NCBI RefSeq assembly: GCF_009834535.1
Contig: NC_045696.1
Location: 72,914,001 to 72,978,000 of the forward strand
Direction: 5' to 3'
Length of the DNA: 64,000 bases
From: Camelus ferus
Taxonomy: Eukaryota
Shown here piece by piece: positions 1-12,490 of this stretch. Made by a program: the position numbers and the translations under genes. The first letter of the stretch is position 1, and every line of letters begins with the position of its first letter. The notes below the pieces were generated by a model that saw only the letters and a list, made by a program, of their open reading frames with translations, did not search any database and was not told where the DNA came from.

Positions 1-1255
1 GGATGATGGTGAAGGGAGATTGTAGAGGACAACAGTTGTGTAGCAGACCAGGGGAATTGTCTGTGCAGGTTACAGCTGGTGGCAGACTCTGGGAGAATGA
101 ATCCAAGAATATGAAATTGATTGAGTACCTGTTGTGCTTAAATACATGAACAAAAGAGCTGGACAACTGGGGAGTATGTGAAGATAAATTAATATTAAAT
201 ATCTAGAAAGCTAAACCAAACTAAAAAAAAAAAGGCAAGTAGAAAGCTATTATTATTAACGTCAGAGATAACAAACCGTTATAAAAGATGCTGTAAAAAG
301 AAATGAATATCTTTACTTATTATTGTGTTGTGCTCTCCATGATACATTGTTAAGTTAGATGTTTCCATTTCTCTAAGAATACTCATTTGATTATATTAAA
401 AATAAAACAAGGGAAAGATCAGTCATAAAATAAAAACTTATAAAGATTACTTATAGGGCAGAAGACATAATGGCTAGACATTTCTGAACATATATTGTTT
501 TATAGACTTGACTTTGAAGCCAAGTTAACATTTTACATAATCACTAAGCAAAATTCAATTTTAAAATGCAATCTCTGAAAAACTCAAAAGTAAAATGAAA
601 CAGATGAACCTCAGTGTATAAATGGCATAACCTTACAGAGAGGAACTATTCCAAATGACTTTCACAACACAGTTATGTGACTATATGTTTAGCAGGATAT
701 AGTCTAAGGACAGCAGTTTTCACTAATTATATTATAGTAGCAATAGTAGTGTTGGTATTGTTAACCCCAAACTATTATATAGTTATATTTGTGTATCTGA
801 AAACTGGAATTTTCAGTATGAATAAAAAGATAAATATGTAAGATCAGTGTGGTTAAGAAAAACTTCTGGATCTGAATTGCAAGTATCGGTATGAACCTGT
901 ATATTTTATCTCAAAGATATATATATATATCTCCTGAAAAAAGGCCTAGACAGAATGACCAACCCAGTAGCAATAAGCACCACTAGTGTCCAGACAGTGC
1001 TCTCTAAATACCATTTCCCATTAAAATGAACCAGTGCTCTCTAGAGATTCTCAATTCCATGTCTGGGGTAGAAATTGTGTAAGATAATCCTGGAACATCT
1101 TGTCACACCAGAAAACAAAGACTCTATCAAAGATTACTGAGGTTGTATCAGAAGGACCCAGGAGCCAACCTGAAGAGGCTTCCACTGGCTGAAGAAGGGA
1201 TAAACTGAGCATCAATAAGGACAGTAACTGCACCAGATGGAAATAGATCAACAAC
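1..1255 (+). mobile_element. Old L1 (L1MC/MD/ME-type) 3' region fragment
   Basis: Typical old-L1 3' UTR phrases, e.g. 'aaggcctagacagaatgaccaacccagtagcaataagcaccactagtgtccagac' and 'ggagccaacctgaagaggcttccactggc'. No open frame. Confidence 0.6.
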
Positions 1256-2128
1256 GCTCTTGGCACAGACCCATTAGTGGACTTTATTATTATGGTAATT
1301 CTTCAGAAGCTCATCTAGTGATCTCTTTCTCCCTTGAATGTCTTTGATGCTTACTGCCCATAAGATTCATTTGATAATGAACACCGTGCCACCTTATTTT
1401 ACTTCTAATCATAGTCTGCCTCTTGTGTGCCTTTTTAAAACTGACATATCTTAAAGGAAAATCAATATATAAAAATATTTTTTAAAAATGCCAAAAAGTA
1501 TAAATAAAAGCAATTCTTCCTTTACACACACATTCCATACCTCCTACAATTATCCCCAGTCCATCTCCCCAAAAGTAACTTCTATCATATTTCTTGTAGG
1601 GCATTTTTTAAAAACTATGCTTGTCTAAGCATACACATACATTTATAGATATCCTTTTCCTCTAAAAACTTGTAAAAGTAAAATAATACCTATTATTTTG
1701 CTTTTCTTAATCTAAAATAATACACCTTGAGGCTCTTTATATCCTAATATATCCAGAGCGCCCTAATTCTTCTTAGTGGGTAAACAGTATCCCATTCTAT
1801 AGATGTCTCATAAAATGTGTATCTAGTTCTACACTGATGAAAAGCTAGGCTTGTTCATGTTTTAGGCTATCTTTTCTATGTGATGTTCCTATTTCACTTC
1901 ACACATGTTTATAACTTACTTGATTATGAGCTCTCTTTAGGGCATGAAGTCTGTTGCATGTTTCTTTACATTACACATTTCACACACTAGAAACTAATGC
2001 TTCAATGATGGTGTCTAGTTGAACTCTCACTTTGAAAGGCTCCTTGATGAATATATGTGTGTATATTCTTGACAGGGACATTGTGCTGTGCACCAGAAAT
2101 CGACACACTGTAACTGACTGCACTTCAA

Positions 2129-2183
2129 TATAAATAAATAAATAAATTAAGTAAGTAAGTAAGTAAATAAATAAATAAATAAA
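2129..2183. repeat. (TAAA)n/(TAAG)n tetranucleotide microsatellite
   Basis: Direct read: taaataaataaataaattaagtaagtaagtaagtaaataaataaataaataaat. Confidence 0.9.
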
Positions 2184-4296
2184 TGACAGTCTTCTTGAAA
2201 AATGCCAATAAGGAGTTCCAAGACTCCGAATTTCCACAGTTTTACTTTTGAGGTCAGTGAATAGATGCTAATAATTCATCATTATTCCTACAGTAAGCAA
2301 GAAGCTCTTTACAAGACTATAGACCATTTAGCACTTTATAAATCAGAGCTAATGCTTGAAATTACACTCAGAAGTGAAGATACAGTCACCATAATGAAAG
2401 AGGACATAAGCTACTTTGTGCCCTAAAGATCTGGGTTGATTTTTGTCTGTATGGATCTTGTTTCTACTTAGGGCCATTAGATTTTGTTTGCAAGACAATA
2501 GCATGACTGAACAGAACTCCATGTACCGACAAACAAGGCAGCTGCAGTTTCCCATATGTTTTCCTCGCTTATGTCATTGGAGAGCATCACTGCATTTGGT
2601 TGAAGAGCTTAGACAACCCACAGCAACAGCCAAATTCACTCAGGCCCCAAATGTAGAGTATACAGCAGAGGTGGATAGTCCCTGGCATATCAAAGTCTAA
2701 TTCCAGGACAGTAAGAAATAAATAATGCAAGAGACTCAACTTTAAGAATGAAGCCATTTTATCCAATTAAATAGATTCTGCTTTTTTTTTCTACATAGGA
2801 ATATATTGAAGTAAAAAGGAAAAGCATTAAAGGTCATTCAGAAGTCTTTAAAATTATATTTTAAATACCAAGAAATATTAGTATCTAATTCCGTGGTCAT
2901 TTGTAAGGTTATTTCTTTGAAATTTAAGTGGGCTCCCTGCAGGCTCACTCACGCTTACACACGCACACACACAAAGCGCGCGCGCACAGGTGTGAGAAGC
3001 CCAGTCACTCCAGGATTAGCTGTTCCTCAGAAAGCTCAGTAATGATCTGAAATCTGAAGCCCTACTTGAACTTTTCTACTAATTCAGTAATTACTGCTGT
3101 GCCTGAAATTGGCCCCTTTCCTGCAATTACTCAACATGCACTTTCAGTCAAAGAGGTTAACACCTGAATTTAGATTCTAATTAGCACCTAAGGTAGAATT
3201 TTTTGTTTAAAGCTTATTAAAATGGAGACTTTTCCCAGCATAAGATCACACTAGTCAACACAGGTAAACACATGTTTTATAGCCCAGTCTCTTTCTGGTT
3301 ATCCTAAAAGCAACAGAGGTTAGAGATAAAATCAAGATGAACATATCAGCATTTAAGATACTTCAGAATAAATCAAATTCAGTCAATATCTGGAGTTGTC
3401 AGACTGGATGAACTCTCCATACAGCCAAAGACCACTGTTTCCAAATCCCCATTTAAAGAAACAATTTCCTTCAAGGGAAGATGGAAATAATTGGAGATAA
3501 AGACAAGTTAATGTTGGTGTCATTGGCTTTCAGAGCTATCTCTATTTCTTTCCCTGAGTCTTCCTCATATTTAAAAGACAGCAATAGCAAAAACTCAGCT
3601 GTGTGGGACAGGAGGTCTTCAATTCCTCAGGCAAAAATTTAGTGTGAGTTTAACTTCAACCACCAGTGTGTCTTCAAGTTAACTATGAGCCCTCCAACAC
3701 ATGCCTGAGAACTGATCACTCAGTCATTGCCTGGGCACCTTCAGCAATGGGAAACTCGCCACTTCCTAAAGCACCTCAGAAAATCAGGATCCCAGAAATG
3801 GTGGTTTATAAGCACATTGGATTTGGGGGGCATCCTTATTGTTCAGTTGACTCATAATGAGCTTTCAATACACACTATTGTTTAACAATTTTTCCCCTCC
3901 CTGTTCTTGTGCAATTGGCATTTCAAAATCCAAGTTCAAGAACTTGTATTTATCTCTTTTGCATTTTTCCTCTACTTCAGTTCAGCTCTTTGTTCAACCA
4001 ATCAAGTTGATTTGGAATTGACTGTGCTCTCTGGTTTCTCACCACCTACAAATAAATATCATGAGCATCCTTTCTTTGTTTCTGTTCAAGGATAAACTTG
4101 AAGATATATACAAAGTCTCTCAGCATCAAACTTGACTCAGCTAACACTACAATACAGGAATGAAACTCTTGTGACTTGTCAGCTATTCTGAGTCATGTAT
4201 ATTCTGAGCCGAATCAAGTACTAGAAGTTGAAACAATGCTTATCTCTTCAAAAACTAAGGCAAAAGCGTCAAGGGGTGGGACGTGGTAAAACCATG

Positions 4297-4671
4297 TGTA
4301 TTAGTTTGCTAGGGCTGCCATAGCAAAGTGCCACAGATTGGATAGCTTGAAAAATAGAAATTTATTTCCTCATAATTCTAGAGCCAAGAAGTCGGAGATC
4401 AAGGGCTGGTTTCCTCTGAGGCCTCCCCCCTTGGCATGTAGATGGCCTCCTCCCTTTGTCTTCACGTGGCCTTTCTTCTGTGTATGTCTGTGCTGTAATC
4501 TCTTCTTAGGAGGACACCGGTCATTACTGGAGTGGGGCCTACTCTCATTATCTCATTTTAACTTAATTACCCTTTTAAAAGCCATGGCTCCAAATACAGT
4601 CACATCCTGAGGAACTGGGGGCTAGGAGTTAAGCATATGAATTTGGGGGGAACGCAGTTCAGCCCGTAACA
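4297..4671 (-). mobile_element. MaLR solo LTR (MLT1A-C-like)
   Basis: TG...CA ends ('tgtattagtttgctagggctgccatagcaaagtgccacag' to 'gttcagcccgtaaca'), about 375 bp, flanked by CCATG/CCACC (degenerate 5-bp TSD). Confidence 0.85.
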
Positions 4672-5989
4672 CCACCTGAGACACCTCTAGCCGTGTTCCA
4701 AGTTACAGATGGCCCGTATTCCTCCAATACCAGTTTCTCTAAATCTCATGTCTAGTCTTACTAGCTCTGCAATCTTGCACATGTGTTTTCACACACCTTT
4801 TTAGGGGCTTTTTCTGTACTTCAGAACCTGCCTGCAAGTGGGTTGATGTCTAAATATGAATCTGAAAGTGTTTAACCTCTTTCAATGCTGCAGCATTTAT
4901 ATTTACGTTTCACAAAATGTATCTTTTGCCGATGGACCTATTTATGACAATGAATCATATTTTAATCTAGACTTTAATGAGCATCAATATATAAATATAC
5001 ATAAAGTTATAAAGTTACAGAATAATTTCTTATATTTCTGCCACTATACCCAATCTTTCTTTGAAGGATACAATACAAATATGTAGGTAGAGGGCCTCAG
5101 TTATTTTAAGCCAGGTGTTACTAAGGAAAATTGATGATTTGACCTCCAGTAAGATCAAATATATGCTAAGATGGACCTTTGGTTCAACTATTTATCTCCC
5201 CAAAATGTGTCTCATCAGAGTGGAGCCCTACAGTTGTACAAAAAAGCTCAAAGCCCACAGAAGTAAGGTTAGAGAAACATTTTCACATAATGGATGTTAG
5301 CCACATTCCATCAGTAATATACTAAAATTCTTAGAACCTAGATATTATTAGCAAATAAGATATTGCATGTTTGTGAATGAATAAAATAATTTTTAAAAAA
5401 AGGTATAACTCCCTTTTGACTACACAGTAAATTATCATTTTCCTTTATAGTCACTGCCTGTAAGCACTTAGATAAAACTCTTATCATGGTGTAAAATTTC
5501 TTCGGGTATACCATGTAATCAATATAACAGTATATTAAATAGAGCAAAACTTTGGATTGAAGACAGCCCCTAGGCTTAAGAATTATCTTGACTGCTAATC
5601 TAGCCAGCTCCTTTAACAAGTAACTAAAGGATGTATGTTTGCCCCTCTCCCCTCCTCAATATACACAGTTACTCCATCCAACTGTCGGAAGGGCTGGACA
5701 TCTGTGAGACCAGACCACATGGAGTCCAACTACGTGTAGCAGTTAACACATCAGTAAAACAGGAAGAAAAAGCTAAAGAAAAAATAAGAAGAAGGATGGC
5801 ATGTTATTTTTAATAGCATCTATTTATTCTGTGGAATTAGAAAATGTGCTTTTTTGAGCATCCACTCCAGGCCCTGGAAAAACTAGAGAATTAAAATAAA
5901 TAAAATAAATCCCTTTAAAAAATATTTTGCTATTTTCCCCCAATAAGAGACTAGAGATTTTATCCACATCGTCAATTAACCTCAACCCC

Positions 5990-6360
5990 AAGGAGATAGC
6001 GTAGTGAGTGAGGGCATGAACTCTGGAGCCAGGCTGCCTGGATGAAATTCTAGCCCTTCCACTTGCTCACTGTTGGCACGGGAAAGTTACTCAAGCTTCA
6101 CGATCCTCACCTGTAACGTGATTGCATTAGTATCTACCACTTAGGATTGTCACAAAGACTAAATGAGGTAAGCCCTTAGGACAACGCCCAGCATGTTGTA
6201 AGCACACTATCAATCTTAGACATTATTATTTTTTGTTAATAGCATTAATAATCACAAAAAAACTATGAGGTGACCATTATGATCTCTGTTTATACATGAA
6301 CAAAATCAAGATTTGCCCATTAACTGGCTATTAAATGGTGGAAGTGAGATTTCTGCCTCA
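5990..6360. mobile_element. MIR SINE(s)
   Basis: MIR core: 'gcatgaactctggagccaggctgcctgg...aagttactcaagcttc...ctcacctgtaa...ggattgt...aaagactaaatgag', plus an opposite-orientation fragment. Confidence 0.75.
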
Positions 6361-6659
6361 CTCCTGCTCCTGCTGTAATGTCTGCCATGAAATGTCATCT
6401 TGTGTGGAAATTGTTTGTCTCCCCACGGCCAAGAGCACAGAGCAGTGGGGGATTGGAATTCCTTTAGAGAATCCAGTCATTCCACAGTTTTTTCTCCTGC
6501 TAACAAACATGGCAAATACAGGTAGTTTTGGGGCCAACACCTGAAGTGGGGGCAGACCAGGCATCAGGCGGGGAACAGAGGCATCAGGCAGCTCCTGAAG
6601 TCAGGGCACCCGTGGCATTGTGATTCTGGGCCATCTGTCCACAAACAGCGGGATGCCAG

Positions 6660-7690
6660 CAAGTGACAGGTTAGGTTAGGGCAGTGGTCTTTGAGGGCAG
6701 AGGCCTTGTCTTCTCCAACTCTGTGACATGCCCAATAGAGCATAATAAATACTCAATAATAACTGTTTGTTAAATTGAGTTGTCTTGAACTCAATTGAAT
6801 TGGCCAGCCCTCCTCAAGGGTATTGCTTGAGAAGCAGAGAAGACCCCCACCCTTGCCCTCACATCCATACATGCCAACTTAACTCATTTATCCATTTGCT
6901 CACCCGGTGCTTTCCATGGGAGTTCTCGATAATAAGCAAGATGGGGAGGGTCCTGCTACCAAGGAGCTTAGAGCCTGATGAGGGAGGAAGTGGATAATTA
7001 AGCAAGTAATGACATGCAGCCCGAGGAATGCTCTGAGAGAGAAGCAGGAGATGCCCCTAAAAGCATGGGAGGAGGGCACCACAGAGCTCAGGCCCATGGA
7101 GATGCAGGTGGAGGCCCTTGCAGGCCTGCTAGAGCGTTTGGGTTCTAGTGAGTGATAATGGGAGACTCTTAGCTGTTTTTAAGCTCGGAGTGGCATGTTC
7201 CATTTGCATTTTGGAAACTCAGCCAGGGTCCCTTATGGAGAATGGAGTGGGCAGGGATGGTCTGGAAGGGAAAGATCACACCACTGCAATAGTCTAGCCA
7301 AGAAATGACGGTGGCCTAGGTTAGGGGGAGGAGAAAAGTGGAAAGACTGGAGATATATTTTGGAAGTGGAAATAGGGGGTGGGAGTTGAAAGTGAGAGAG
7401 TAATCAGAGATGCGCTAAGAGTTTTGGTGGGGAAACTGAGATGATCGTGGCTCCATTCATTGACTTGTAAGGAGAGGTGAGCCCTGGCTTGACTATGTTG
7501 ATTTTGCAGTGCCCCTATGACATCAGAGTTCAGAGTTAGCAGTTGCATCTTGGAGTCTGAAGCCCAGGAGTAGGAATATAGATGTTACATGCTGATGTGT
7601 GATATCAGATACGTCAGCATATGTGTGGCTCTTGATTGAGACCAAAGCGAGACTAAGAGGTGAGCACAGCGAAGGACAAAGACTACTATT
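6660..7690. mobile_element. L2 LINE fragments
   Basis: L2 3'-end motifs ('ctttgagggcagaggccttgtc', 'tactcaataataactgtttgttaaattga') and L2 body ('ctgcaatagtctagccaagaaatgacggtggcct'). Confidence 0.7.
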
Positions 7691-7696
7691 TAAGGT

Positions 7697-7871
7697 AGCG
7701 GACTCCAAGCTTAAACATGCATCTGAATTGTGGAGGGAATTGTTAAAAGTACAGGGTCCCACCCTGTGAGTTTCTAATTTAGAAAGTCTGATCTGAGGCC
7801 TGAGAGTTTGCATTTTGCTGGATGATTCTGATGCGGATGGACTGTGGACCGATCACACTTTAGAAACACTG
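7697..7871. mobile_element. MER5A-like hAT-Charlie MITE
   Basis: 'catgcatctgaatt...gtttctaatttagaaagtctg...gtttgcatt...gatgattctgatgc...cacactttagaaacactg'. Confidence 0.7.
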
Positions 7872-8507
7872 ATTTCAGAGAAGGGCATGGGAGGAGAAAT
7901 GCTTAAGAAACTCTAAGAAAGAGCAGCTACAGGGAAAGGGGAAGGGCTAGAACACAGAGTTCTGGAGCAGAGAAGACCGCGCCAACATGGGAAGAAGGGG
8001 TGAGTCCTACCTGCCTGGGTCGGTCACCCCTACATGTCCCAGCCAGGAAGGCCCCTGTCAAAATGGAGATGTAGCACCGAGAATGAGTCACACGTTTTTG
8101 GCCCTTGAGGATCCACAGCCTTTTATCCAAAACCCTTGTGTCCATTTGTGTTTCAGAATTCGGAATTTGGGGGCTACTAGAAGGCTGCTTATTCCATAAA
8201 TTTTTTAAATCTCCAGCAGGGTCTGAGATAGCATCTGATTATCAAATGCAAACATTTTTCTGCAGCAAAATGTATAAATATTTATACTAAGTGAAACAAA
8301 TAAAGAAAATGGCCTCACACATTGGTTTAATCCAGGTGACAAAGGAAACTAAGCTGGATCAAGTTTTACCTTCGCTGAGTTACAAAAACAAAACAAACAA
8401 ACAAAAATCTTTTACTCTCAAGTTTTACGGACTTCCAAACTATAGATAAAGGTTAATGGATCTCTGCCACCTGGTCATTCCTTGCTATGAATGTGTCTGT
8501 CAGACCA

Positions 8508-9595
8508 CAGTTAGTTTTGCTACAACATTTTTTTTTGCCCACACTAATACATTCCAATTCCGTTGGTACATTAGGGAACTGTATGAGCATAACTCAGATT
8601 TCACAATACGCTTTTGCACAATTTTTTCTTCAAGAAACACTCAGTGAACACAGAAAACTCTGTGCAGCAGAACCAACAAGGGTAGAAATACACAAAACAC
8701 ACGCACACACCTCAGACTACCAACTACCTCAATTCATCACATGCGCTATTCTGTGAAGTTGTATTTTCTATTCTTCACACTCTTGAGCTTTTCAGTACAA
8801 ACTCACTCAACATCCCAAACCTGTCTAAGAGTCCTGATTCAAAATGCCAAACAGTGCCCGTGCAAAGGAAAGTACCGTGTACACTTAAAGAGCTCAAACA
8901 GAAATCACCAAACCCTGCAAAAATGGTCCCTTTTTATACTAGTAGTGGCTGCTTTAGTGGCTTTGAACATCATTACAAGTTCCAAAGCCTTCAGCTGTCC
9001 TGTGAAGCTGCAAGTAAATGAGGAAGCTACGAAAGAATTTCTAAACATGGTATGAAAGTTAATTGAAGGAAGCTATACATTAGGTCAAATTTTTAATTTT
9101 GATTAAAGTTTTTTATTATGAACAAATACCTGGAAAGACCTGCATGTCAAAGGCAGAAAACTATGCTCTAGGATTTAAGGCTGCAAATGATCCCTTAACT
9201 GTGATCGTTGGTGCCAATACAAAACTGAGGATGGGGAGCTACACCTTTTCACAGCTAGTATCACAGCTTTTTACTGATTTCAGAAAACTTTCCTTCTAGC
9301 ACTGCACAGCAACTCACAAGAGGCAGCCCTTCCAGGGCCCACTTCTACAAGTAAACACTAGCTCTTTTTCAAATCAAGTGCCATATTTATTGTAATATTT
9401 ATGGATTTTATAACCATTTGACATAGGTACAACTTTTATTAAGTTCTTATCTTTTTATGTGTCACTGAAAAAGTTTTTAAGTGTTTTCCCTTTAATCCCA
9501 TTTTCTCATAAGTTCTATGGTTTTTATTGTGCAATTATGCAGAGTGTGGATATTCTCAGGAGTGCATATAAATCACATTACAACAGAACTGACTA
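8508..9595 (+). mobile_element. Tigger (TcMar-pogo) DNA transposon, internally deleted, with transposase remnant
   Basis: Terminal inverted repeats 'cagttagttttgctacaac' (8508) and 'attacaacagaactgacta' (about 9595). Internal frames read 'FYTSSGCFSGFEHHYKFQSLQLSCEAAS', 'NEEATKEFLNMV*KLIEGSYTLGQIFNFD' and 'PGKTCMSKAENYALGFKAANDPLTVIVGAN', matching pogo/CENP-B-like transposase motifs (ASxGWF..F, QIFNxDET, GFKAAKDRLT). Confidence 0.85.
8930..9225 (+). pseudogene. Decayed Tigger/pogo DDE transposase fragment
   Basis: Frameshifted, stop-interrupted translation spanning track ORFs 8741..9055 and 9099..9299. Confidence 0.8.
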
Positions 9596-10715
9596 CCTCT
9601 AGCATTCAGCAAGCTCTTAAAGGTATAAGATTTAGACCAAATAAATCTTGATGGGGAGAAGGTAGAAAATAACCTCAAGGGTCAACTGTGATACCCGGCA
9701 CTCCCACCCAAAATGTGTGTGATGTACGATAGAAATACAATAATCAGAAAAGCTAGTAAGTCATTTATCTCTGAGTGATGGACAGAGAGTAACTCATCTT
9801 TATTCTTCACCGAATATTACAAGTTTTCTGCAATTAGTATCTACTATCTTTATAATCACAAATAAGTACACACATCATTGGATTTTGTTGTTTTACTACT
9901 TTCTTTTTTCTTTTAAAATCAGGATCCCAACCAATCTATCTAAACTCAGAGGAAAAACCAGTTGTAGTAACCGCCACCCCCCCCCCCCAAGAATTTGCTG
10001 GATGCCTGGGTTGGGGATGATAGTGCATCTGAAAAAATCAAGTTTCCCCCTCTTCACAATTTTGCCCAGTCCAGCCCCTGCCCAGCCCTCAACCCTCAAG
10101 CCCATCCAGGCTCCCATGGTACCAGCTGCAGATGCTCCTCTCAAGGGGACGAGTTGGCTAGACTCCCTTTTCAGGTCTACTGTCATCTATTGGATTTATT
10201 GGACCAATCGCTAAAAAGGTATTGTACACGTCAAAACCAAATACCAGTCTCCAGGTCTTAGATCCTATCCTCTTTCTTAGAAAATCCAGCCTTAATCCAG
10301 TTTGCATTTTTCCGCAAAAGCAGCTTATTCGCTAATGGAACAGTCAGATTCCTCCACTTGCTCATTTGTTCACACAGAAAAAGCTGCCTGGGAGACCACC
10401 TGTATCGGAAGGGCAGCTGACTAAAGGGTTGTTTTTTCTGAAAACAGATTTTCAAGATAATTCTCAGGATTTTGCACATGTCAAAGTCACTTTTCCATAT
10501 AACAACGTGAGGCCTCCACAAGGTAGTTCCCTTGTCTTCTCTGGAAGTCCCACCAAATGGAGACAGAAATAAAATGTGTGTTATTACCTGAAGCTCTGAG
10601 GGTTCACTTCTCCCTCCCCGACCTGACACACAGACACCCAAACTATTCACCCATTATCTAGAATTTGCCAATTCAGAAATCTATGTTGCGCCCAATTCTA
10701 AAGAAATTATTCTGA

Positions 10716-10867
10716 AGAGGGGAGGGTACAGCTCATGGTAGAGTGAGGGCTTAGCATGCACAAGGTCCTGGCTTCAATCCCCAGTACCTCCATCAAAATA
10801 AATCAATAAATGAACCTAATTCCAGCACCCCCCCATTTTTTTAATTAATAAAATTTTTTTAAAATAT
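10716..10867 (+). mobile_element. Camelid tRNA-derived SINE (vic-1-like)
   Basis: 'ggggagggtacagctcatggtagagt...ggtcctggcttcaatccccagtacctcca' plus tail. TSD aaagaaattattctga / aaagtaattattctga. Confidence 0.9.
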
Positions 10868-12364
10868 AAAGTAATTATTCTGACATAACTCACAGTGACA
10901 TGAAAAGGAATTTGATCAAGAAAAAAACTACTAAATCACATAGCAAACACAAAATATATTAGGTAGTTAATTTACCTTACTATAGAGTGGTTTCTGCAAA
11001 GCAGTTAAAGGGCTCCGTTCTCAGAGAGATTAAACCTTTAAAATAGCTGAATAATGTTTAAGAGGCACCATTTACTTTTACTTGATAATACTTTGTCTCC
11101 TTTACTACCCTGTCAATGTCTGACAGTGAAGATGGACATAAAAGGCTGGTTTATAATATAAATCATTTAGAATATGAAAGGCTTCCTATAGGTAAAAAAA
11201 AAAAAAAAATCTGTTTAAAATGAAAAAATTCTTTCCTCTGCTTCTTTACCTGGGACATCCCAGACTTAACTAAGTACTTGACCTATTATCATTGGCCATG
11301 ACCACGTTACGGTAAACCAACTTTTGGAGCCTAAATGAACTGCAACACTTGGAAATGGTACTGCTTTCTTTATGTGGGGAGAAAGTCAGTCCAGCAAAGC
11401 ACATGAACATTTTTGTTTCACAGCAATGAGTTATTCTATACCTCTAAGGACAATTTTGAGGAGAACCTTTGTATGGTTAGATATGTAAGAGCGCATAGTC
11501 AAGTAATACTGTCCATTTAATTAGCGGTGGGGGACGGAGGCAGGGATGGGGTAGCAGTAGAGGAAGAAAAGTCAAGGGATTCATGCTGTAGATACGCCCA
11601 GGATGCACTTAGAAACTCTCATCCTCGTCTTTCATATGCTCTTCTTTTCCAAGTTCTTATCAATCAATTCAGCACGTAGTATGACCCATTTAAGAAGAAT
11701 AAGTTAATTTTACTATCCTTGGTCTGGTCTATAGGGGTTACTGAGTTATGGTTTTAATTAAATTAGTTATTTCTTTCAGGCAACTTGTGTGGCTAATCTG
11801 GTTTTTCACTGATTTAACCAATGTTCTATTTTTTTTACCCATTAGAACAGTAAGTCTAAGCACATTTAGTCTCTGAGCAGGTAACCTCGACTATGCCATT
11901 AGGTCTTTAAGACCATCTCTGGCTCTTAGGAAGAATAGGAAAATAATCAAATCAATCCAAAGAATTTCCAGACTTCTGAGGAATGCTGGGATCCACTCTG
12001 ATGAGCCCTTACTCATCTTTCTTCTAGTCCTGGAGAGATGACTCAGTAGTAACAAGATGATTCATTGTCATCTCACAAGCAATTATAAAAATATTCCTGT
12101 GTGTGGTTTAAAAAAAAAGGTTCAGAGGTCAGGCTGATGAAGTAAATTTCAAGTAGACTCAGACTCCAAATTCTATTAATATAAGGTGAGGTCAGCATTT
12201 AAGCCTCTTCTTATTGCTAAAATAGTTCTGACGACCATCCAGTATGGCCTTGTCTATCATGAAAAGCTGGAACAGTGTGGACTCTCACTGGAACAGAGCC
12301 AGACATGAAGAGAACAGGCCAGAGAAAATGACAGCTCTGCTCTGTTGAATGCCTACCACATGCT

Positions 12365-12490
12365 CTGTTTTATGGATGAGGAAACTAGGGCCCAGAGATG
12401 CTCAGCCCTGCCTGAGGTCACACAGCCATAAGCTACAGAGGCAGGATTCAAGGTGGGGTCTGTCTGCCTCCAAAGTGTTTCCACTGCACG
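12365..12490 (-). mobile_element. MIR SINE
   Basis: 'ttttatggatgaggaaactagggcccagaga...ctgcctgaggtcacacagc...cagaggcaggattcaa'. Confidence 0.8.

Noticed and set aside
10170..10420. Possible exons: + strand ttttcag|GTCTAC...AAAAG|gtattg and - strand gatacag|GTGGTC...
   Set aside because: Weak donors, no recognisable peptide and no compatible neighbouring exons. A non-coding exon cannot be excluded without RNA data.
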